From Camelus dromedarius (Eukaryota): a stretch of DNA of 64,000 nucleotides. The stretch is from positions 50,904,001 through 50,968,000 of the forward strand of contig NC_087447.1 in assembly GCF_036321535.1 (NCBI RefSeq), read 5' to 3'. Below the pieces are notes generated by a model. The model was not told the DNA's origin, did not search any database, and was given only the letters and a program-made list of their open reading frames with translations. The number at the start of each line of letters is the position of its first letter. Position 1 is the stretch's first letter. Shown here one piece after another: positions 39,301 through 51,300 of the stretch. The position numbers and the translations under genes are program-made.

Positions 39301-42300
39301 CACATAAAAAAGATTATACATCATGACCAAGTGGGGTTCATCCCAGGGACACAAGGGTGGTTCAACATACGCAACTCAATCACTGTAATACATCACATCA
39401 ACAAGAGAAAGGACAAAAACCACATGATCATCTCAACTGATGCAGAAAAAGCATTTGATAAAATTCAACACCCATTTATGATAACTCTCGCCAAAGTGGG
39501 TATAGAGGGAACATATCTTGACATAATAAAAGCTATATATGACAAACCTACAGCCAGCATAGTACTCAACGGTGAAAAACTCAAAAGCTTCCCACTAAAA
39601 TCTGGGACAAGACAAGGATGCCCACTATCACCACTCCTATTCAACATAGTCCTGGAAGTCCTAGCCACAGCAATCAGGCAAGAGAGAGAAATCAAAGGGA
39701 TCTAAATTGGAAAAGAAGAGGTAAAAGTGTCACTATATGCCGACATGTTACTATATATAGAAAATCCTAAAAGGTCCACACAAAAACTACCAGAGCTGAT
39801 TGAAGAATTCAGCAAGGTAGCAGGTTACAAAATTAACGTTCAAAAATCAGTTGCATTTCTTTACACTAACGATGAATCAACAGAAGAAGAAAGTAAAGAA
39901 ACAATCCCCTTTAAAATAGCACCCAAAGTAATAAAATACCTGGGAATAAATCTAACCAAGAGGGTGAAAGAATTATACACAGAAAACTATAAACCATTGA
40001 TGAAGGAAATTAAAGAAGACTTTAAAAAATGGAAAGATATCCCATGCTCTTGGATTGGAAGAATCAGTATTGTTAAAATGGTCACACTGCCCAAGGCAAT
40101 CTACAGATTTAATGCAATCCCTATCAAATTGCCCAGGACATATTTCACAGAGCTAGAACAAATCATAATAAAATTTATATGGAGCCATCAAAGACCTAGA
40201 ATCGCCAAAGCATTACTGAAGAGAAAGAAAGAGGCTGGAGGAATAACTCTCCCAGACTTCAGACAATACTATAGAGCTACAGTCATCAAGACAGCATGGT
40301 ATTGGTACAAAAACAGACATATAGACCAATGGAACAGAATAGACAGCCCAGAAATGAACCCACAAACTTTTGGTCAACTAATCTTCAACAAAGGAGGCAA
40401 GAATATACATTGGAATAAAGACAGTCTCTTCAGCAAATGGTGTTGGGAAAACTGGACAGCAGCATGTAAAGCAATGAAGCTAGAACACTCCCTTACACCA
40501 TACACAAAAATAAACTCAAAATGGATCAAAGACTTAAACATAAGACAAGATACAATAAACCTCCTAGAGGAAAACATAGGCAAAACATTATCTGACATAC
40601 ATTTCAAAAATGTTCTCCTAGGACAGTCTACCCAAGCAATAGAAATAAAAGCAAGAATAAACAAATGGGACCTAATGAAACTTACAAGCTTCTGCACAGC
40701 AAAGGAAACCAGAAGTAAAACAAGAAGACAACCTATGGAATGAGAGAAAATTTTTGCAGATGAAACCAACAAAGGCTTGATCTCCAGAATATATAAACAG
40801 CTCATACAACTCAATAAGAAAAAAATAAACCCAATCCAAAAATGGGCAAAAGACCTAAACAAGCAATTCTCCATGGAAGACATACAAATGATCAAAAGGC
40901 ACATGAAAAAATGCTCAATATCACTAATTATCAGAGAAATGCAAATCAAAAGTACAATGAGGTATCACCTCACACCAGCCAGAATGGCCGTCATTCAAAA
41001 ATCCACAAATGACAAATGTTGGAGAGGCTGTGGAGAAAGGGGAACCCTCCTACACTGCTGATGGGAATGCAGTTTGGTGCAGCTACTATGGAAAACAGTG
41101 TGGAGATCCCTCAAAAGACTAGGAATAGACTTACCGTATGACCCAGGAATCCCACTCCTGGGCTTGTATCCAGAAGGAACCCTACTTCAGGATGACACCT
41201 GCACCCCAATGTTCATAGCAGCACTATTTACAATAGCCAAAACATGGAAACAGCCTAAATGTCCATCAACAGGTGACTGGATAAAGAAGAGGTGGTATAT
41301 TTATACAATGGAATACTACTCAGCCATAAAAACCAACAACGTAACGCCATTTGCAGCAACATGGATGTCCCTGGAGAATGTCATTCTAAGTGAAGTAAGC
41401 CAGAAAGAGAAAGAAAAATACCATATGAGATCGCTCATATGTGCAATCTAAAAAACAAAAACAAAAACAAAGTGTAAATACAGAACAGAAATAGACTCAT
41501 AGAGAATACAGACTTGTGATTGCCAGGGGGGCGGAGGGTGGGAAGGGATAGACTGGGATTTCAAAATTGTAGAATAGATAAACAAGATTATACTGAATAG
41601 CACAGGGAAATATACACAAAATCTTATGGTAGCTCACAGAGGAAAAAAATATGACAATGAGTGTGTACATATGTCCATGTATGACTGAAAAATTGTGCTG
41701 AACACTGGAATTTGACATAAAATTGTAAAATGATTATAAATCCATAAAAAATGTTTAAAAAAAAAGAACCTAATAAAAGAGCTAATTAAACCTAAAGGAA
41801 ATAGAAGAAAATAATAAATATAATAGCAGTAAGCCAGAAAGAGAAAGAAAAATACCATATGATATCGCTCACATGTGGAATCTTAAAAAAGAACATAGAT
41901 ACAAAACAGAAACAGACTCACAGATATAGAATACAAACTTGTGGTTGCCAAGGGGGCGGAGGGTGGGAAGGGACAGACTGGGATCTCAAAATTTGTAGAT
42001 AATGACAGACATATGCAGAATAGATAAACAAGATTATACTGTATAGCACAGCGAAATATATACAAGATCTTGTGGTAGCTCACAGAGAAAAAATGTGACA
42101 ATGAATATATGTATGTTCATGTATAACTGAAAAATTGTGCTCTACACTGCAATTTGACACAACATTGTAAAATGACTATAACTCAATAAAAAAAAGTTAA
42201 AAAAATTGCAATCAGTGAGATAGGAAAGCAGATGTGCAACAGAATAAAGATAACAAAGCCAAAATTTGGTGTTTTGGAATGGTTAATAAAATTCATAAAC

Positions 42301-45300
42301 CTCTAGCACGACCGACCAAGAAAAAGAGGGAAAATAAAAATTTTCAGTACCATAACGTACTGGAACTAGAGGTGACAGTTTTACAACACTGAATATACTA
42401 AATGCCACTGAATTGTTTATTTTAAAATGGTTAATTTTATGTGAATTTTACTTCAGTAAACTAGTTTTTAAGATTAAAAAATTTTAAAAACACTTAAAAA
42501 TTCTCACCTCAGAAATAAATGAGAGGACATCTTTGTATTCATATAATCTTGGTTAAAATACCATCTTTAAAACATTCTCAGTCAAAGTGGCAAGGTCGCA
42601 ATGTCTTGTGACAGTTATCTGATAAAGTGAGCACTGACCACAGAGAATGTACTGGAAATGTTAACATAATTACAAATATTCTGATCACAAACAGTACACA
42701 ACTAACTTAAGGTACAACTGATTAATTTCTTAGTTTAGTTGTACTTGAGGGGAATCACTTGAAGTCTGGCTCATGAATTATTATGATCAACCTTGTAAGT
42801 ACAGTTATATGGTAAAAATCCTTATTCTCCTCACTAGAATATATGATTTCCTTAAGAAAAAGGATGATGCCTTGCTTGTGTTGACTTTTCACATAAAACT
42901 AGCATGGTACATGTATATATTACTACTCAGTAAATGTTTGCTGAGCTACATTAAACTGCTTGATTTTCTAATAGGATAATCCCTCTTAAGTCTGATACCA
43001 GTTGAAACTATGCCCACATAACTATGACCAGGGAATGACTTTAAAGAATTACTAGTGAAAGAATATACTCTGGAGTCTGTCAGGCCTATATTTCATCTCA
43101 GCATGATTTCCTACTGACCAACTGTATCAACTTTGGTAAATTAACTAACATCCCTGAACTTTTCCTCTTTATACGCAAGTTTCCTCATTTGCAAAATGAG
43201 GATGACAGTAACTTCTAGGGCACAGCATGTGAGGACTGTGATAATAAAACAGCAGCTAACATCTGTCATGTTCCTACATTTGCCCAGCATTTTTCTATGT
43301 GCATATATGAACTATCTTATTTAATCATGTAATCATTTCATTAACTTTTTATTACCCTCAATTTACAAATGAGAAAACTTATGATTAGAAACTTGTCCAA
43401 GTCCTAAGTGTAGTCACCACCTGCCTGATAGGCAGGCCAGGATTTGAAAATGAGCCTGTGGTCTACCAATTACTTGACACATAATAAAAGCTCAATAAAT
43501 GGAAGCTATTATAATTAATTTCAACTACTAGATTAATCTAAATTATGATTATGATAGAAAGAAATCATCTTAGAGCCATTCCCCATTTGAAAATAGTAAA
43601 AGGAGACAACTTCTCAAAATAGAGAAGTTGGGCAAAGAGAAATCATCTGACTGGGAAACAGAGGTAAAACATATATAATTTTCTAATGCTGAAAGAAAAA
43701 GGACATATTTTATGATCAATTTCACCATGACCAAAGAGGCAGGAAAAGTACACAGGTGCATCAAACACCCTAGTTCATGGCTTGAGATACAGAAAGGTAT
43801 CTAGGGGAAGTTTTATTAGCCTAAGGAGATTTGTGATACATATCTACAATTATATCTACATCTATATAGTTATACCTATAACTATAGCTACATCTATATG
43901 TCCAAGGAAACTATGAAGCATTTAAAATTGTCCAAAAAAATTACTTTAAAACCTAATAGAAAGGGCCTAGGGATTAACATAAGCAGTGATTAATAACAAT
44001 TAAGTTTGAAAAAGTTACCATTTTATTCCCAGGGGCTTTTAATTCTGAAAATATATCTCTAATTCTGTATTTATAAATGTGGTATTTAGTCATTTTAGTT
44101 TCTTCTCATACTTGGCTGTTTCAATTTTTTTTAAATAATGATTTAGTTACGTTCTTAATTATTCCCATAAAAGATCTAGATATCTGGATCACAAAGCTAT
44201 TTATGAAGTACTGTTATCTATCTGGTAATGACAGAGGAAATCAACAACTTTTCGATGACCACATTATATAAAAACAAAAACACCAAGTATACAGAGAAGT
44301 GGGTTGAATGATGAGAGACTGGAGCATAAGGGGGAAGGGACTGAAAAATATGTTCCAAGAACAAGGTCTATCTTGATAAATGTGTGTTGGCAGAGAGGGA
44401 GGAAAGGGTAAGAAGAGGAAAATAGGCAATTCCAAAAAAAACAGCCATACAGAAATCCTGAGATGGGAGCAGGGACCTAAGCAACTTGGTTAGAATACAG
44501 ATTTTGTGCAAGTAAGGTAACACATACCAAGAAAGGTGTGGTCAAACACTTACCTCAGCCCGTTGTAGAACAGCCTCTTGTAGTCAACATTTATTCTACT
44601 GATATTTTCTTTTGTAAGACGTTCAATGGTGAATAACCGGCCCACATGCTGAAAACCAGGAGCTGTGCTCCTGACATATTTCCTATCAAAACCTGGTAAC
44701 CAAACAATCTGTAAGGAGAAACAGGATGTCTTTCAGTGGATAATCAGCAGTCAAGATACAAATAGCCCCAAGTAGAATGGGTACAGCCCCATTCCAGCAC
44801 AGGTTAACAGTCCACATGGAGTAGAGAGATTCTAGCCCTTGGTGTCAACCGGGCCTGATATTGACTAATGAACTCTTATTATAATGGGACTTTCACCAGG
44901 GTTGTTCTGGAGCTGAGTTTTCCCAGTTAACATCATGGGACCAAGGCTCCATCATTGTCACCACACTAGCCAAAGTGGATGAGGAGCTGGAAGGTGTGGA
45001 TGAAAGGTGGAAATCATAAACATCCCCTCTGGCTTATGATACTAAAAATTATCTTTGAGGGGTCATTTCCTGCCAACAGAATATGCTATTATGATCCATC
45101 TATGGAAACATTTCTATTTGCAAAAAGACATATCCTCATTTCACTCATAGCTTTCCTTCATATGCTTAGAATTCAAAAGATTTGGAATAACTGACTGCCC
45201 AAATGCAAAGAAAACATGATGAACAAATCTCTGCCCAAATAAGAACCAGATGTTCTTTCTATATCATTAATAAAAGCTGATCTTCAAAGCCTTAGCACTT

Positions 45301-48300
45301 TCTAATAGCTCTGTGTTGGTAATGGTACAGGTCACATCATACAGTCATTACACACAAGCTCTTTTAACAGAGTGATGACATTTCATTTGGTTTGGAACAG
45401 CAAACAGTCTCAATGTTTTTCCCCACTGATAGAAGTTTAACTGGGTCACTCTTTGATTGCCACATGTAGCTGTATAAGAAACTAACTCCATTTCTATAGG
45501 TAGCAAAATTATTTAAGGATCCCTGGGAAGAGCTAAAAGACAGATCAGGTTCAACTGCTATGCCCCTGGGACATGCTACCTATCTCCCAACCTCTACCAT
45601 AAATATTGAGATAGACATACCAGATGTTGCTCAATTCCAGAGGCAAGGATCACGTTTACTACAAGGCGGACAAATTCTTTTCTGGCAGGATGTTTTGGTA
45701 CAGGGCTATTAAGATCAAATATCACCAATTTTTTTTCCTTTTGTGCAAGTTCCAATAAATCAGTTAATTTTGGAATCTTCTGATTTCCTGCTTTTTCTTT
45801 ATCAGCCTCTGATAGGGGTTTCATATGGTAAAATGGTTTGATCTAAAAATAAGTACATTAGAGAAAACATTGGCTCCTATCAAAAGCATCTTCCAATTCT
45901 CCTGCTCTTTATCCCCACACCCAGCGCTACGTCCATGTTGGTCCATTACTATTCAACCCACCAGGTCCTCTGAAATACTGGTCCTGAGATAAAAGTTTCA
46001 AAGAGAGAAATTAAATGTCATCTCCAGAGGTAATTATGGTACTTGGAATCATTTATTCTAAATCATAGAGCCTGTCGTATTCGCACTGAAGGTCCTTCCT
46101 GTTCTTGTCTTGAACTTCCTTTCTAACCCTTCTTTTTTTTTTCTATAACTCAGGGTAATACAATCCATTTCAGTTGCATTGGCTTCCCACATGTTCTCTC
46201 ACTGTTCTAGTTTTGTGTAATGGAAAGAAAGTAAGCTTTGGCTTCAGACTGAATTGGATTCAATCCCAGCTCCAGTGCTCATTTGTCTTCCTGGCCATAT
46301 CCACCTGTTAAAATCCTATTCTCATTTTCTTCTCCTTCTCTAGACATCCTTAGCAAGTGGCCCTTTCCCACTATTTTTCTCAAGGAGACTCAAGGAGAGT
46401 TTAAAACTAGGTTCTAGTTTTAAGAATGATACGGAGTAATCAAATAGCTTAAGTAAATCCAGCCTTATTTTAAAATATTTCATAAAGGACACATACTCAG
46501 AAAATAAGCTGGAATGGGACAATGACAATTTAGATGATCTATAACCTGTGGCTGAACATTTTCATAAAGCCCTAGTAAGTAACAAGCTAGAAATCAAGAC
46601 AAACTTAAGTTCTCCACAAAAACAGCTTGTTACTTAAGTAAAACCAATACTAAAAGGTTCTCAGTTTTCTATGCCTATGCTTAGAGAAATTAAAAGTAGA
46701 AGGGCCACTGGATGATCCAATATATCAACTGGTTGAGAAACAGGGCAATCAGAGGTGTGGCCAAGATGGCAGAGCAGAAAAACCCTGAGTTTACCTCCTC
46801 TGATGGGCGCACCATTGGCAGACCATCTATGAGAACAACTTAAAGACTAACAGAAAAGATTTCCCACAATTACAGACATAAAAAAGGAACCAAGAGAGAA
46901 AGTAAAACACCATATGATATCACTCATATGTGGAATCTGAAAAATGACACAAATGAACTTACTTACAAAACAGAAACAGACTCACAGACATAGAGAATAA
47001 AATTATGGTTACCAAGATGGAAAGGGGAGGGCAGAGGGATAAATTAGGAGTTTGGGATTTGCAGATACTAACTACTATATATAAAATAGATAAATAACAA
47101 AGGTCCTACCATATAGCACAGGGAACTATATTCAATATCTTGTAATATTCTACAATGAAAAAGAATATGAAAAGGAATATATAGAGATGCATAACTGAAT
47201 CACTATGCTGTACATCAGAAACTAACACATTGTCAACCGACTATACTTCAATTAAAAAATAATAAAAATAAAAATAACAGGTAAATAGATAAATACATAA
47301 AAACTATGCATGCTGAAATAAACAGAAAAAAGATTGATGGTGTTTAAGGGTTCAATCTTGTAACAAGTACTAAATAAGCCATAGAGATCTAACCTATAGT
47401 AAATTGAAGGCTGACAATATTATCATACTGTAAGTATGTTATGTGATAAATATCATTACAATAGCAACCATATTATAATATATAAATGTATCAAAGTAAC
47501 AGGATACACACATTAAATTTACACAGCATGTCAAATTTATACAGTTAAAAAAAGGAAAAAAAGAAAAGAAAATGTTTGGGAATTTTCTAGGTATCTTTCT
47601 GTTAATGATATCTAGTTTAATTCCATTTTGGCCAGAGAACACACTTGGTACAAATCTATTCTTTTAAATTTTATAGATTTGTTTCATGACCCAGAACACA
47701 GTCTACCTTCTATAAATTTGGGTTTCTTTTCTGTCTATTTGTTCTTCAATTTCTGTAAAAAGAGTATTGAAATGTATAGTTGTGGAGTTTTTTATTTCTT
47801 CTTTAACTTCCATCAGATTTTCTTTATATAATTTGAAGTTGTATTATTCATTGCATACACTTTTAGGATTTTTATGTGTTCTTGATGAATTGACCCTTTT
47901 ACAATTATGTAAGGTCCCTCTTTATCACTAATAATTTTCCTTGTTGTGAAGTTCACACTGCCAGATATTAATATAGCCATTTCAGATTTCATTTGATTAG
48001 TGTCTGTATGGTATAATGTTTTGCATTATTTTACCTTTAACCTATAAAACAGATTAAAAATAATATACAGGTTATAGTTGAAACGGGCTTCTTACAGATG
48101 TATAAAGTTGAGTGTTTTTTCAATCCACTCAGATTCCATCAGTTTTAAAACTGATGTTGTCTATTTGCTTTTAATGTAATTATTAATACGGTTGCATTTA
48201 AGTATTGCAATTTATGATTTTTTTTTCTGCTTGTCCCTTCTATTTCTGTTCCTCTGTTCTCCTTTCCTGCCTTCTTTTGGGTTATTTAAATTTCTTTTAG

Positions 48301-51300
48301 CATGCCATTTTAACTTATCATACATATTATATATTTATATATAAAACTATAATTTGGCTATATATCCTTGTAATACTTTATCATGGTTGCAATAAAGCTT
48401 ACAAACTATCTTCCTACTCTGAACTTTCACCATCCATCTAGAGTCAACAGTTTAACACTTAAAGTAAAATGTAGAATTCTTACCGCTTTATAGGTCCCTA
48501 TAGCTTCCCCCTTTCCCTGTTATGTTATAGTAATTATATATTACATCTACATACATGGAAAACCTCGTAAGAAATGTTATAATTTTCACTTTTAACAGTC
48601 ATACATTTTTTTTCAAATTAAGGGAAGAAAAGTAGTCTATCCTATTCAACCTCGTGTTTACCATATCTGTTACTATTTCTTCAATCTTAAAGTTCCACGT
48701 TTCCTTCTGTCTTCATTCCTGAGGAATGTCAGCTTTTGCTACTGTCAGTTTCTTTGATTTTAGCCATTCTAATGAATGGATAGGGATATTACATTGTAGT
48801 TTTAACTTGCATTTCCCTAATGACCAATGATACTGAAAATCTTTTCATATGCTTATTTGCTGTTTGTTGAACTCATCTGATGGTAGAATACATATTCCCC
48901 TCATGTGCACTTGGGAAAGTAAAACAGGCCATATTCTGAACCACAAAATGAACCTTCATATGTATGAAAGAAAAGAAATACAAAGTATGCAATCAGACCA
49001 GAACAGAATTAAACTAGAAATCAATAAGATAACTGAAAAATCCTCAAACATTTAAAAATGTGAAAAAAACTGAAATAACCCATGTGGTTAAGGAATAAGG
49101 CTCAAGGAAATTTAAAAGTATTTTGAACTAAATAAAAATTAAAATGCAACATATCAAAATCTACAACATGCAGCTGAAGCAGTGTTTAGAGGTAAATGTA
49201 TTGTATTCAATGTTTATAATGGAAGAAAAAAAGACTTAAAGTAACCTAAAATTTCACTTTAGCAAACTGGAAATAACATAAAATCAAATCCAAAGCAACA
49301 AAAGAAATAAAATAATAAAGATTTGAGCCACAATCAATGAAACCAAATACTGTCTCTGACAGATCAATAAAATTGATAAATTTTTAGTGGAAGGGAGGAG
49401 AGAAAACTACAAACAAGGCAATCTACAGATTTAATGCAATCCCTATCAAATTACCCAGGACATATTTCACAGAACTAGAACAAATCATAATAAAATTTGT
49501 ATGGAACCACAAAAGACCTAGAATTGCCAAAGCATTACTGAAGAAAAAGAAAGAGTCCAGCCTTTCTGGAGTTATTCCCGAGGAATAACTCTTCCAGACT
49601 TCAGACAATACTACAGAGCTACAGTAATCAAAACAGCATGGTATTGATACAAAAACAGACATATAGACCAATGGAACAGAATAGACAGCCCAGAAATGAA
49701 CCCACAAACTTTTGGTCAACTAATCTTCAACAAAGGAGGCAAGAATATACATTGGAATAAAGACAGTCTCTTCAGCAAATGGTGTTGGGGAAAATGGACA
49801 GCAGCATGTAAAGCAATGAAGCTAGAACACTCCCTTACACCATACACAAAAATAAACTCAAAATGGATCAAAGACTTAAACACAAAACAAGACACAATAA
49901 ACCTCCTAGAAGAAAACATAGGCAAAACATTATCTGACATACATTTCAAAAATGTTCTCCTAGGACAGTCTACCCAAGCAATAGAAATAAAAGCAAGAAT
50001 AAACAAATGGGACCTAATGAAACTTACAAGCTTCTGCACAGCAAAGGAAACCAGAAGTAAAACAAAATGACAACCTACGGAATGGGAGAAAATTTTTGCA
50101 GATGAAACCAACAAAAGCTTGATCTCCAGAATATATAAGCAGCTCACACAACTTAATAAGGAAAATACAAACAACCCAATCCAAAAATGGGCAAAAGACC
50201 TAAACAAGCAATTCTCCAAGGAAGAAATACCAATGGTCAATAGGCCCATGAAAAAATGCTCAATATCACTAATTATCAGAGAAATGCAAATCAAAACTAT
50301 GATGAGGTATCACCTCACACCAGCCAGAATCACCATCATTCAAAAGTCCACAAATGACACGTGGGAAAGGCTGTGGAGAAAAGGGAACCCTCCTACATTG
50401 CTGGTGGGAATGCAGTTTGGTGCAGCCACTGTGGAAAACAGTATGGAGATTTCTCAAAAGACTAGGAACAGACTTACCATATGACCCACTAATCCTGCTC
50501 CTGGGCATATGTCCAGAAGGAACCCTACTTCAAAGAGACACCTGCACCCCAATGTTCATAGCAGCACTAGTTACAATAGCCAAGACATGAAAACAGCCTA
50601 AATGTCCATCAACAGATGACTGGTTAAAGAAGAGGTGGTATATTTATACAATGGAATACTATTCAGCCATAAAAACCGACAACATAACACCATTTGCAGC
50701 AACATGGATGTCCCTGGAGAATGTCATTCTAAGTGAAGTAAGCCAGAAAGAGAAAGAAAAATACCATATGAGATCGCTCATATGTGGAATCTAAAAAAAA
50801 GAAAAAGAACATAAACAGAAAACAGAAACAGACTCATAGACACAGAATACAAACTTGTGGTTGCCAAAGGGGCGGGGGGTGGGAAGGGACAGACTGGGAT
50901 TTCATTAATTCTTGTTTTCCTTTAAATCCTTGATACATTAGGAATAGTTTTTGAAAAGTCCCTTTCTGTTAATTCTATCAGGTCTGTCTTTTCTGCATCT
51001 TTTTTTAATGAGTAGTTTTTCTCATGGTTTTAAGCCATATTTTTCTACTTCTTTGTATGCCTAGTAATTTTATTATTGGACCTTGGACAATAGTATTTGA
51101 TACTGTTGTGTCTTAAAGCGCAGTACATTTTTTTTGGCAGATGTTTATGTTACTAGCAAAGCAATTTGATATTTTTTAGAGTGGGTCTAAAAAAGCCTTT
51201 AATCTAGGGCTTGTTTAGCCCTATTACTAAGGTGTGACCTTTCTGAGGTTTTTACTGAAGGGTCCACATGTCCAAAAAAGTCTGTCTTCCAGTATGTCTA

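Larger units (their letters stand above)
34680..41765 (+). mobile_element. Full-length (~7.1 kb) LINE-1, inactivated; antisense to GDPD4
   Basis: CpG-rich 5' UTR, ORF1, ORF2 (EN, RT, C-terminal), 3' UTR and A tail; degenerate TSD aaagaacctagtaa / aaagaacctaataa. Confidence 0.96.

Noticed and set aside
36444..40949. Long minus-strand ORFs (126, 199, 191 aa) with hydrophobic translations; likewise 49716-50294
   Set aside because: Antisense shadows of L1 ORF1/ORF2 caused by strand A-richness
42709..42746. Imperfect inverted repeat aggtacaactga...ttagttgtactt
   Set aside because: Too short and AT-rich to suggest a pre-miRNA; plausible by chance
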